The notes under the pieces: model-generated
Databases searched by the model: none
What the model was told of the DNA's origin: nothing
What the model saw: only the letters and a program-made list of their open reading frames with translations
Source: a virus
IMG/VR virus record: IMGVR_UViG_3300045988_168112
Length of the DNA: 64,000 nucleotides
Reading direction: 5' to 3' (one strand)
Position numbers and translations under genes: made by a program
In this document: piece after piece, positions 37,181 through 45,371 of the stretch
Position numbering within the stretch: position 1 is the first letter of the stretch
Layout of the letters: the number at the start of each line of letters is the position of its first letter

Positions 37181-38683
37181 TTAAGCTCCAGCTAATTGCG
37201 TTAAAGTAACAGTCGCTGTCTTATTTCCTTCTGTTGTAGTAACCACTGCTGTTCCAGTTCTCTGTGCTCCAGTATTTGCTGCTGCCACTACTGAATATTC
37301 CGAAGACCCTTTTGTAAATCCTTCACCCTGGACTGTCGTAGTATAAGTTACCGCAGAAGGAATGCCGCTATTACTTCCATTAACCTTCTTCTGTTTAGTA
37401 GCTGTTACTCCGAATATTTTAGTCTCTCCTGCTGCCGCAAAAGAAAGTGTGGTTGGGTCTACAGTACATGTATATTCATAGGTAACTGTCGCTGCAAGCT
37501 GTGTTAACGTAACATTTACCGTCTTGTTGCTTTCAGTCTGTGTAATAGTAATAGAACCGTTATTATCTGTTTCTGCCTTATTTTCAGCCGCCACTATACT
37601 ATAATTCTCTCCATTAGATGTTTCAGATGAAGTCTGGCTGAATCCAGTTCCGGTAATCTGTGCAGTCGTATCTACCTTCTCGACACCACCGGAAGGCTTG
37701 CCGTTGACTTTTTTCTGTCTTGTTGAAACAATTTGTAAACTCTTCGTTTCTCCAAGCGCTACAAACTGTATGGTCTGTGAATTGGCAGACAACGCATAAT
37801 CATATGTCACTATAGCTGCATTCTGTGTAAGTGTCACTTCCGCAGTCTTTCCACCATCCTGCGAAATAGTCGCTTTTCCTGTTCTCTGTGAGCTTCCGGT
37901 ATTCTCAGAAGCTTTCAAATTGTAGTTATTTCCGCTTTCCTCATAATCGAACCCTACACCTGCCAGTTCTATATCAGTAGGATATGTTTCTGGCTGCTGT
38001 TTTACTCCATTCAGAACTTTTGTTCTTGTAGAGGTAACAGTGACAAGCTTTTCACCTCCTGCACCGTCGAACGTTACCGCTGTCGGGTCTACTGTAAGCG
38101 CATATTCGTAGGTTACAGTAGATGCAGCCTGGTTGCATGTAATCTGCAATGTCTTTCCGCTTTCATTCTGTTTAACCGTCACTACCGCTTTTCTTGTCGT
38201 GTTGTTGGGGTTCTCGTCAACCGTTACTTGTCCTCCACCGTCAACCTTGAATCCTGCCCCAGATATTGAGAATTCCACTGGTACACCTTCCGGATGTCCT
38301 ACTGGTTTCCCGTTCTTAAAAGTCTGCTTAGAAGACGTCACCACGCACATATCATCACCTCCCTTTGCAGGGAAATTAAGTGTAGGTTCTTTAGTCTCCA
38401 ATACGTATTCCACAACTTCCTGCACGTCCGACAATACCGCGCCTTCTTCTCCGAATCCTTCCGGATATGAGATAAGCTTAACAAGCGCCTTAAACGCCCA
38501 TTCCTTGAACTGTCCTATATTATAAGTATGACCAGCTTCAATTACAATACCGATAGACTTATAATATTCAATTGCTCCAACAACGTTTTCAGTTACAAAA
38601 ACATTCAACTGACTGTCTAAACCATCAGTTATGACAGTCAGTTGTTTGGAATTATCTTCTGTTGTAAATAATAATCGTAACAT
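37181..38683 (-). CDS. Virion surface protein with four tandem BACON/Ig-like repeats
   Basis: Four ~100-aa repeats, each with the shape TVTYEYALTVDPT..F.A.GE......T.........ASENTGSSQRTGKATI....KTAEVTLTQ.A. The ~32-aa N-terminus is paralogous to the next gene. Confidence 0.6.
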   Translation of the reverse strand: MLRLLFTTEDNSKQLTVITDGLDSQLNVFVTENVVGAIEYYKSIGIVIEAGHTYNIGQFKEWAFKALVKLISYPEGFGEEGAVLSDVQEVVEYVLETKEPTLNFPAKGGDDMCVVTSSKQTFKNGKPVGHPEGVPVEFSISGAGFKVDGGGQVTVDENPNNTTRKAVVTVKQNESGKTLQITCNQAASTVTYEYALTVDPTAVTFDGAGGEKLVTVTSTRTKVLNGVKQQPETYPTDIELAGVGFDYEESGNNYNLKASENTGSSQRTGKATISQDGGKTAEVTLTQNAAIVTYDYALSANSQTIQFVALGETKSLQIVSTRQKKVNGKPSGGVEKVDTTAQITGTGFSQTSSETSNGENYSIVAAENKAETDNNGSITITQTESNKTVNVTLTQLAATVTYEYTCTVDPTTLSFAAAGETKIFGVTATKQKKVNGSNSGIPSAVTYTTTVQGEGFTKGSSEYSVVAAANTGAQRTGTAVVTTTEGNKTATVTLTQLAGA

Positions 38684-38688
38684 AATCC

Positions 38689-39270
38689 TTATGCGTTTTC
38701 TGCTGTCAATTCCTTACGCCATGTATTATCGTTAGCTATTATAACCACGTTCAAGTCTTCCTTTGCATCTAAACCAAGGTCTTCAAGTGTAAATTCCATC
38801 GGCTTGCCTGACATTATCTTTGCAGTAAGTGTTTTTCTATCACCGCGAATTACACCAAATCTTCCGACACTCTCATTCAGATTTACATCATTAGGGAAGT
38901 AAATATCCACATCCTTAGGAGCAGGAACAGTTGTTTTGATTGTAATTACACACGCATTTTCATCATTCCATTCTGCTGTCACTGCAACGACCTCATTTAA
39001 TCCCTGAGGATTCAATTCGAGAGTAAGTGCTTTATTTTCAGCAAAGGCAACGAGTTCTTCGTGCATTACAGATTCACCTACTTTCCAAGGAAATCCAAGT
39101 TTCAATAGAGCATCACTTCCACTTACTTCATCTTCTGTCACACTTACATCACCAGGAGCAACAATTCCTCTAATTTCTGTGATAAATACTCTTTTTTGGT
39201 CGCAACTACCATCAGTTACAACTACTGTATCAATTTTCTTATCTGTATCGATAAATCTATATAGTCTCAT
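38689..39270 (-). CDS. Virion surface protein sharing the N-terminal module of the BACON-repeat protein
   Basis: MRLYRFIDTDKKIDTVVVTDGSCDQKRVFITE against MLRLLFTTEDNSKQLTVITDGLDSQLNVFVTE: 12 of 32 identical, ungapped, by my count. Confidence 0.45.
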   Translation of the reverse strand: MRLYRFIDTDKKIDTVVVTDGSCDQKRVFITEIRGIVAPGDVSVTEDEVSGSDALLKLGFPWKVGESVMHEELVAFAENKALTLELNPQGLNEVVAVTAEWNDENACVITIKTTVPAPKDVDIYFPNDVNLNESVGRFGVIRGDRKTLTAKIMSGKPMEFTLEDLGLDAKEDLNVVIIANDNTWRKELTAENA

Positions 39271-39295
39271 AATCTTTTCTATTTTTAATTGTTAA

Positions 39296-39826
39296 TTACT
39301 TACATTCAAAAACTATTTCTTGTGTTACAGCACCATTTTTATCAAGTACATAAACCTGATAAATACCAGTCAAATCTGCTTTCTGAACACCCAAATCCTT
39401 CTGGCACTCGAAACCCAGATATTCGTTCTTCTCCTTCATTGTCAGAATCTTCTTATCGACAGATGCGGTACCGATAGTTTCTGGAATGTTGGTGAACTCG
39501 CAGAACTTGTTATTATGCTTAATGCAAATCTGAGTACCTTCCGATACCTTTGCTTTGAAGTTCATCCACAACCAAGGAAGACCATCTGCATATTCAGCCT
39601 GCCACGGATATTCCGTCAGATAAGATTCGGGGAGAATCGTATTATAATCTTCTTCACTATTAATAATGCCACTATTAGGGTCCATTTGAATAGGATTTTT
39701 CAATTGTGCTCCTGCTTCAACTTCATTTAATGCTGCTTCAATGGCATTAAAATTATCATCTAAACCTGAAGCTACTTGTGCACCGGTCTGACCGTCTGTT
39801 ATTTGATAAAAATCTATCTTATTCAT
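39296..39826 (-). CDS. Hypothetical protein (possible fibre/appendage component)
   Basis: ORF track 39296..39853. I prefer ATG 39826 (MNKIDFYQITDG), which forms an ATGA overlap with the upstream stop. Confidence 0.5.
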   Translation of the reverse strand: MNKIDFYQITDGQTGAQVASGLDDNFNAIEAALNEVEAGAQLKNPIQMDPNSGIINSEEDYNTILPESYLTEYPWQAEYADGLPWLWMNFKAKVSEGTQICIKHNNKFCEFTNIPETIGTASVDKKILTMKEKNEYLGFECQKDLGVQKADLTGIYQVYVLDKNGAVTQEIVFECK

Positions 39827-40164
39827 AATTTCCAAATTAAATCTTTTGTCCAAACGAATTCATTATTCCAAATATCGTTATCTGAGAATAAAGTCTTATT
39901 CATTCTCCATATACCGTCACTCAACCAAACATTCGAATTATTCCAAATGCCATTGTTCATAAGCCATACAGGAGGAATATTGAATATACCACCAGAAATC
40001 CAATATCCGCGCATATTCCACTTATCATTCTTCAAAACCCAAGGTTTTACAGTAATAGGTGGCATTGAATTAGAAATTCCGCTTCCACTACCTCCTCGAA
40101 ATGTTCCTGGGTTTTCTTCAGTTCCTATTCGAGTATAAACTCCAGGTAAATAATCACTTGCCAT
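39823..40164 (-). CDS. Trp-rich repeat protein
   Basis: ORF track 39823..40194. I prefer the start MASDYLPGVY. The C-terminal half repeats W every 6-9 residues (KWNMRGYW, PVWLMNNGIWNNSNVWLSDGIWRMN, DIWNNEFVWTKDLIWKL). Confidence 0.5.
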   Translation of the reverse strand: MASDYLPGVYTRIGTEENPGTFRGGSGSGISNSMPPITVKPWVLKNDKWNMRGYWISGGIFNIPPVWLMNNGIWNNSNVWLSDGIWRMNKTLFSDNDIWNNEFVWTKDLIWKL

Positions 40165-40639
40165 CTTTCTTATTTTTAGGAGAACCGTTTTCATCGAAAT
40201 CAGCCAAGTACTTCTTGATTCGACTTGGAACTAAATTTGGATATAATTTAGAAGCATTTTCTACAATTGAAATTGATTCGCGTATAATCAACGCATTACA
40301 TACAACCGATTTAAACCAAGTATATGATTCTATACTTCCTCCTTCAACCGTAAAGTTACCTAATACATGCGAAACAATCAACAGAGCGCTATAAATAATT
40401 AGCTTCATTGCAATCATTCCAAACCCTTTACTTGAAAAATCTTTATTCTTCAAATGAAAGACCCAACTTACTAATGTATCAACTACAACTAATATCATTA
40501 GATATTTTAGGAATTCCCAATCACGGAACATATATTGCTCAATAAATGATGCTGTATTCGAAAATGATATAGGAATACTTAAAAGTACCGGAAAATAGAA
40601 ACTATAGATATAATTCTTGAATTTGTTTATATGTCTCAT
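40154..40639 (-). CDS. Holin (Phage_holin_4_1-like, multi-TM)
   Basis: Several hydrophobic helices and the family-typical LIIRESISIVENASKLYPNLVP string (compare iSIlEN...P). Confidence 0.65.
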   Translation of the reverse strand: MRHINKFKNYIYSFYFPVLLSIPISFSNTASFIEQYMFRDWEFLKYLMILVVVDTLVSWVFHLKNKDFSSKGFGMIAMKLIIYSALLIVSHVLGNFTVEGGSIESYTWFKSVVCNALIIRESISIVENASKLYPNLVPSRIKKYLADFDENGSPKNKKDGK

Positions 40640-40647
40640 TTTATGTA

Positions 40648-41595
40648 TTAGTTTTTGTTACCAAATTTCTTATCTCTGTTTTTGGTCACATGGTCGTACA
40701 TCTTTGAAATGATTTCTTTTACAAGTGCAGATTCATCTACTAACTCATCTTTCTTAAAGAATAATCTTGTTTTTGAACGAGTCTTTTCTACTTTACCATC
40801 TTGAGTTTCAAATATATGTTTACCGTTTTCTTCTCCTTTATAGGTAAGTCTTGAACTTCTCGGATTACTATTTGCATAAACAATATCACCTGGTTTCAAT
40901 TTAGAAACAGTGAGACCTTTTGAACTGTCAAGAATCTTCTTAAGTATCTGTTTTCTATATTGAAGACTGATATCAGCATCTGACAACTCATCATTCATCA
41001 CTTCTGGATTTTCAAGATACTCTTTAATCAATTCTTTTCGAATCTCTTTAGTTCTCTTGGATTCACCGTTTTCATCTTCTTTCTTAGATTCTTTAGTTTC
41101 GGATTCTTTGCCAGTACCTGTTGTTCCTTTCTTTTTAAGTCTCCAACCTTTCTCGGTCTTGACATACATCTTACCACCATACATCTTTTCTGTTCCAAGC
41201 GGAAGAGCTTTTGCTTTCTCAATTGCAACATCATCTGCACAATTGATACCTGCAATCCCTTTTAAAATATTCAAAGGAGTCTCTTTGTAGCAAAAACACA
41301 TTCTATCATCTATAGACTTGAAGATACCATCAGGAATTTCAACCGGTTCTCTCTGCGCTTCTCTGTAGAACATCAAACTCTTCATTAAATCATTGCTACG
41401 TACAAATACAGGCTTCAAAGACATATAATCAGCAGTACAACAAACTATCTCAAATTCATCAATTTCTTTATTCTTTGATTTTTCGATAACATCCTTTGAA
41501 AATGCATCTACTTGCGCCTTAGTAAACACTTCAAGATTGTTTTTCTCAACAAATCTATTGAATTCATCTTGCGTAAATTCTTTAGGATTATTCAT
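40648..41595 (-). CDS. Hypothetical protein sharing the GTEK-WGGK-YVKT-GWR motif with the ART polyvalent protein
   Basis: LGTEKMYGGKMYVKTEKGWRLKKKG against IGTEKTWGGKVYVKTANGWRPKGKG in ORF 28676..31285. Confidence 0.55.
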   Translation of the reverse strand: MNNPKEFTQDEFNRFVEKNNLEVFTKAQVDAFSKDVIEKSKNKEIDEFEIVCCTADYMSLKPVFVRSNDLMKSLMFYREAQREPVEIPDGIFKSIDDRMCFCYKETPLNILKGIAGINCADDVAIEKAKALPLGTEKMYGGKMYVKTEKGWRLKKKGTTGTGKESETKESKKEDENGESKRTKEIRKELIKEYLENPEVMNDELSDADISLQYRKQILKKILDSSKGLTVSKLKPGDIVYANSNPRSSRLTYKGEENGKHIFETQDGKVEKTRSKTRLFFKKDELVDESALVKEIISKMYDHVTKNRDKKFGNKN

Positions 41596-41696
41596 ATTGT
41601 AATTTGTATTAATTTAAACGGAATGTTGTTTTAATGCGTAAAAATAACAATTTTAATTGACCTCTACAACTTATATCCCGTCAAATTAATCAATCA

Positions 41697-42566
41697 TCAA
41701 ATATAAACATATGAATGGTGTAATTCAATCATTCTCGATATCACTTTATCACATTTCTTCTCAAACTTCTCAATCATTTCACGTAACATACTTCTTTTAG
41801 GGATATCTATCGTATAACTCTTTGAACAATAATCAACGCGCGTCAATACTTCTGTTTCTGTAGGTCTTCTCCAAGCTTTGCTGCCAAAAAATACTCTGAA
41901 TTGTCTCAATACTTTTCTCACTTCATCAATTGTAAGTCCAATGTTCTTAGCTATAGTCCTTGACCTTAGGTATAATTGTGCAATAGGATTAATTGAATCG
42001 TAACATAACTTCGTCCTTGATAAAATCTTTTCAATCTTAGTTTCAGCTTCTTCTTTAGTTATTTCATTCTCAATAACTTTTCTTCTTATCTCTCTTATTT
42101 CTCTATAATCTCTTGTAAATGAATTATTTTCAACTCCAGCTTCTAAACAATTTCTAAATCTATTCAAGTAATCAAATACCAATTGGCAATTAGCAGTCCA
42201 AGTATATTTCTTATTATCTTTAATGAAATCTTTCTTCATGTAATTAGGAATAATTGTGCAGTATTGCAGTAAATCCTCTGGGATTATTTCTACATGCACT
42301 TCACCAGTCTCTTTATTGAAGGTGTAAATACCATCTAACTTCAAACTCAATAGATTTCTTGAAACACCAACTATGCCAAGATTGGTTTCGTTCACAATCC
42401 ATTTCTTGAGTTTACCTTCACTTGTAAATAGGATTTTACCAGTATCTCCAGTTCTTTCACTGAGCTGTTTTGCAGCAGATGTTCTACCTTCGGCTTTGAG
42501 TAAAGCGTATATAATATTGTAACGATTGGTTTTTCTGAGTTTAATATATAAGCTATTTTTATTCAT
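41697..42566 (-). CDS. Putative HTH transcription regulator (tentative)
   Basis: The ORF track extends to a GTG at 42722. ATG 42566 (MNKNSLYIKL) lies 20 nt after its own TTTG-N19-TACTTTTAC promoter, and the extension crosses a terminator hairpin. The C-terminal RTIAKNIGLTIDEVRKVLRQF looks like a sigma region-4-type HTH. Confidence 0.5.
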   Translation of the reverse strand: MNKNSLYIKLRKTNRYNIIYALLKAEGRTSAAKQLSERTGDTGKILFTSEGKLKKWIVNETNLGIVGVSRNLLSLKLDGIYTFNKETGEVHVEIIPEDLLQYCTIIPNYMKKDFIKDNKKYTWTANCQLVFDYLNRFRNCLEAGVENNSFTRDYREIREIRRKVIENEITKEEAETKIEKILSRTKLCYDSINPIAQLYLRSRTIAKNIGLTIDEVRKVLRQFRVFFGSKAWRRPTETEVLTRVDYCSKSYTIDIPKRSMLREMIEKFEKKCDKVISRMIELHHSYVYI

Positions 42567-42586
42567 ATTCTTTCGTTTTAAGTGTT

Positions 42587-42618
42587 GTAAAAGTAGAAAG
42601 AATATTTCTAATATCAAA
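42587..42618 (-). promoter_or_regulatory. Bacteroidota-type promoter for the 290-aa regulator gene
   Basis: Coding strand reads TTTG-N19(ATATTAGAAATATTCTTTC)-TACTTTTAC. Confidence 0.55.
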
Positions 42619-42625
42619 TATATAC

Positions 42626-42655
42626 AAAAAAATAAGAGTACCTGAGTACTCTTAT
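42626..42655 (-). terminator. Intrinsic terminator (10-bp stem, T-tract)
   Basis: Minus strand reads ATAAGAGTAC-TCAG-GTACTCTTAT followed by TTTTTTG. Confidence 0.65.
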
Positions 42656-42756
42656 AATTCCTTAAAACAAAAGTGCTAAATGTGATATAGTCTACGCTTA
42701 GACTATTTATAATATGCAACACTCAAACAGACAAACTCTTCACAGAGGCTTCTGTT
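42626..42756 (-). ncRNA. Candidate ~130-nt small RNA or leader (promoter to terminator, no ATG)
   Basis: Bounded by the promoter at 42763-42794 and the terminator at 42626-42655. Contains a further hairpin, ATAGTCTA-AGCG-TAGACTAT (42690-42709), and no ATG codon on the transcribed strand. Confidence 0.35.
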
Positions 42757-42762
42757 AATGCT

Positions 42763-42794
42763 GTAAAGATACCACTACTTATCTCCTCTAACAA
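42763..42794 (-). promoter_or_regulatory. Bacteroidota-type promoter driving the candidate small RNA
   Basis: Coding strand reads TTGT-N19(TAGAGGAGATAAGTAGTGG)-TATCTTTAC. Confidence 0.6.
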
Positions 42795-42865
42795 TGAACA
42801 GGTTCTTCTGAATTATTTCTATACTGATTCTTAGGGGGTTACGACCTTATCCTCTTTATAATCAC

Positions 42866-42937
42866 ATAACCTGCTGGTTATAATTATCTTTCTCTATTTC
42901 TATATATAAAAGAAGATGCTTATAACCTCTGGTTATA
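42866..42937. promoter_or_regulatory. Pair of ATAACC-N3/4-GGTTAT palindromes (candidate operators)
   Basis: ATAACCTGCTGGTTAT at 42866-42881 and TATAACCTCTGGTTATA at 42921-42937, centres ~55 bp apart, in the divergent intergenic region. Confidence 0.45.
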
Positions 42938-43028
42938 TGATTATACGATTTGAATTGTTGTATCTACTTGATTCTCAACACTGGTAAAATATAAGAAATT
43001 CTCAATGCACGACCAAAGAAAAAGTTTG

Positions 43029-43037
43029 TATCTTTAG
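43029..43037 (+). promoter_or_regulatory. Plus-strand copy of the -7 motif (TATCTTTAG)
   Basis: AAAGTTTGTATCTTTAGACAG, 30 nt before ATG 43068. No clean -33 TTG at the 19-nt spacing. Confidence 0.4.
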
Positions 43038-43067
43038 ACAGTTTGTTTAATCTAAATATATTTGTGT

Positions 43068-43523
43068 ATGAAAATTATTTACAATTCAAAATTGGCTCGA
43101 TTGTTATTGCTTAACTTCAAAGCAATCCTTATCATGCTCTGGCTCTTGTGTAAGAAAGGTCCTGAATATTATTCAGAAAAGTTCATCAAGCACGAAGAAA
43201 CTCACTCCTTCCAATGGAAGTGTTGTATGTTCTTAGGAGTGTTCATCTGGCTTGCATTCTCATTGGTATTTGATACACTCTGGTTATTACTACTCATTCC
43301 ATTTACATTCTACATCTGGTACTGTATTGAATATGTGATAAGATTCATCATTGGAGTAGTGAAAACTCCTCCTATTATGAAATTCGGGTTCAAGAAATGG
43401 CTCAAAGGTTTTCAAGAGATTGGTCATGAATCTTATCGTAAGATTGTATTTGAACAAGAAGCTAATGCTGTGGAGGATGGGATAGTAAATTATGAGTTCC
43501 TTTCTTTCTTCAAGTATTATTAA
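43068..43523 (+). CDS. Membrane protein with HExxH zincin motif; only plus-strand gene in the window
   Basis: The ORF track starts at TTG 43062; ATG 43068 preferred. Contains KHEETHSFQ (HExxH), at least three hydrophobic helices and a distal FEQEA string. Confidence 0.6.
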   Translation: MKIIYNSKLARLLLLNFKAILIMLWLLCKKGPEYYSEKFIKHEETHSFQWKCCMFLGVFIWLAFSLVFDTLWLLLLIPFTFYIWYCIEYVIRFIIGVVKTPPIMKFGFKKWLKGFQEIGHESYRKIVFEQEANAVEDGIVNYEFLSFFKYY

Positions 43524-43530
43524 AAAAGAA

Positions 43531-43556
43531 AAGGCGTTTCACAACGCCTTCTTTTC
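43531..43556. terminator. Bidirectional intrinsic terminator
   Basis: AAGGCGTT-TCAC-AACGCCTT, flanked by an A-run on the left and CTTTTC on the right. It ends the plus-strand gene and the converging minus-strand transcript. Confidence 0.65.
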
Positions 43557-43657
43557 ATGAATAATGTAATTAAAACGGATAAATTGTAATGTATACTCAA
43601 TTCGATTGTAAAATTACAAGTTCTTTCTTAAATATAAATCTTAGAGTGTCTTGGTAT

Positions 43658-43840
43658 TCAATTATTCTCACCTAAACAATGTACCATTATAGCAGCAAAG
43701 AAAGGTGTTATAATAAATGACATAAAGAGCCAGAAGATTCTACTCCTCTTAAGTCTACTTGCTGTTTCTCCTACTTCTGTGCAAAGATAGAAATAAATCA
43801 ATGCACATATTAAACCAAAAATAAAAACTAATGCATCCAT
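43658..43840 (-). CDS. Small membrane protein (2 TM)
   Basis: ORF track. Hydrophobic segments FIFGLICALIYFYL and FWLFMSFIITPFFAAIMV. Confidence 0.5.
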   Translation of the reverse strand: MDALVFIFGLICALIYFYLCTEVGETASRLKRSRIFWLFMSFIITPFFAAIMVHCLGENN

Positions 43841-43928
43841 AATCTAAAAGTTTTAAATTGTTAATAATATCATTCTATTCAATGCATGTCAAAACTCGAA
43901 TTAAACAAGAATTAACATACATTTCAAG

Positions 43929-44348
43929 CTATTGCACAGAAGGTTTGAAGTACGGTAGAGATATCTTTATTTCACTCATCGTCTCACAAAGCTCCCACCA
44001 AGGTATAATTACATGAGGAACGCAATAAAGGACATTCTTATTCTCAAAGAAGTAAACAGTACACAATTCATTGGTCTTTCTTTTGTTCTCGAAAGAAATC
44101 TCACCAAGTACATCCATAATCTTTCTTAATCCAAATGGAGTGATATTCTTATTAGCTTGAAGTATGAGAATGTCTTGTGCAGGTATCTGAAGCATGTCTT
44201 CAATAAGAGAAACTGTTTCAGGATTATACATTTCTGTATCAGACAAGAGTATCAATTTATTCGACTCACAAAGCCAATCAATATAAGGACAATTGCCATT
44301 CTTGTAGGTAAAATGAATTTTATTCATCGTAATATTCTTTAAAGTCAC
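43929..44348 (-). CDS. Hypothetical protein
   Basis: ORF track. Packed in a minus-strand operon. No motif recognised. Confidence 0.55.
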   Translation of the reverse strand: MTLKNITMNKIHFTYKNGNCPYIDWLCESNKLILLSDTEMYNPETVSLIEDMLQIPAQDILILQANKNITPFGLRKIMDVLGEISFENKRKTNELCTVYFFENKNVLYCVPHVIIPWWELCETMSEIKISLPYFKPSVQ

Positions 44349-44604
44349 GAATTTCTTTATCTATCATTCTATTGATATTCTCAATTTCTTCATACTTCTC
44401 TTCTTCAATGAGTCTCAATTTATGACTTATCATAGAATTGATATATCTGTTCCAATCCCGTTTACCCATCAACATCAAGTCAATAGCTATAGAATCAATA
44501 GACCTCTGCATTTCATCTTTGTGACGTGTATCATATCGAAACCAGATAAGGAATAGAAGTACGAGTACTGCAAGTAATACGATTATAATATACAATTCTG
44601 TCAT
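44320..44604 (-). CDS. Hypothetical protein with N-terminal TM anchor
   Basis: ORF track. N-terminal hydrophobic segment IIIVLLAVLVLLFLIWF. Confidence 0.55.
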   Translation of the reverse strand: MTELYIIIVLLAVLVLLFLIWFRYDTRHKDEMQRSIDSIAIDLMLMGKRDWNRYINSMISHKLRLIEEEKYEEIENINRMIDKEIRDFKEYYDE

Positions 44605-44607
44605 AAT

Positions 44608-44811
44608 TTATTCAGTAACATAATGGTCAAGTAATTCGTTAGCTATCTTATCGACTCTTTCCTTAGAGAAAGATGAATCAACAAGTCTTTTCTCTGCAAT
44701 GATAGTACCACTATCAAAAGTTTTCATCTTTACTACTATAGATGAAAATGATTCACCTTCTTTGGCATAATCACATTCAACTGTAATATTCTTTCTTTTA
44801 AATGTTTCCAT
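44608..44811 (-). CDS. Hypothetical protein
   Basis: ORF track. 3-nt gap to its neighbour. Confidence 0.5.
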   Translation of the reverse strand: METFKRKNITVECDYAKEGESFSSIVVKMKTFDSGTIIAEKRLVDSSFSKERVDKIANELLDHYVTE

Positions 44812-44828
44812 AATTATAACATTCTTTC

Positions 44829-45353
44829 TTAATCATTGAGAACCGATTTAACTGCAAACAACTTGGTATACGCTTCTTCCTTGGTCTGGAAATAGTTAAG
44901 GTTTTTGTACCGTAAATTGTCCGATTCGTTTTCTTCCTCTGTAGTCTTACATATCACAAAACGGTTCCAGTCAATATAGTAATAGGAATTGCTGATTTTG
45001 GCACGCCAGCGAAGCTTTTTAAAGCATTTTTCTTTCTCGTCATAGTATAGGTTGTTTTCAGAAAGAACTTTGTACATACGTTCTTTTTCTTCTTCTGTAG
45101 AAAATCTGAAAGATGGGATAGAATCATAGTAAGAAAATGACATTCCAGTTTTAAGAAAATGTAATTCATTATTTCGTAAATAAACATGATAAAATGCTTT
45201 AGAAATATCTTCTTTACATTTGCGTTCTCTATATATCATTATCGTACCGTCTTCATGTGTCAGACAGTCACCGTCTTCCAGTTTTGTAAGAGTACAATCT
45301 TCATCATGAATAGACAAGAATTTCCCGTCTTTGTCGCATAAAACCTTTTTCAT
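44829..45353 (-). CDS. Hypothetical protein
   Basis: ORF track. 174 aa. No motif recognised. Confidence 0.6.
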   Translation of the reverse strand: MKKVLCDKDGKFLSIHDEDCTLTKLEDGDCLTHEDGTIMIYRERKCKEDISKAFYHVYLRNNELHFLKTGMSFSYYDSIPSFRFSTEEEKERMYKVLSENNLYYDEKEKCFKKLRWRAKISNSYYYIDWNRFVICKTTEEENESDNLRYKNLNYFQTKEEAYTKLFAVKSVLND

Positions 45354-45371
45354 AATTGTAAAATATTTTTA

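Noticed and set aside
41697-42722. N-terminal extensions of track ORFs (42722, 46324, 59330, 28516, 45647, 40194, 39853, 43062)
   Set aside because: The extensions start at non-ATG or poorly placed codons. They run through promoter motifs or a terminator hairpin, or create long overlaps. Downstream ATGs sit 19-47 nt after a -7 box or form ATGA junctions.
43057-43064. Perfect TAnnTTTG box (TATATTTG) on the plus strand
   Set aside because: It ends only 3 nt before ATG 43068, too close to serve as the -7 element for that gene. The TATCTTTAG copy at 43029 has the spacing seen at all other promoters.
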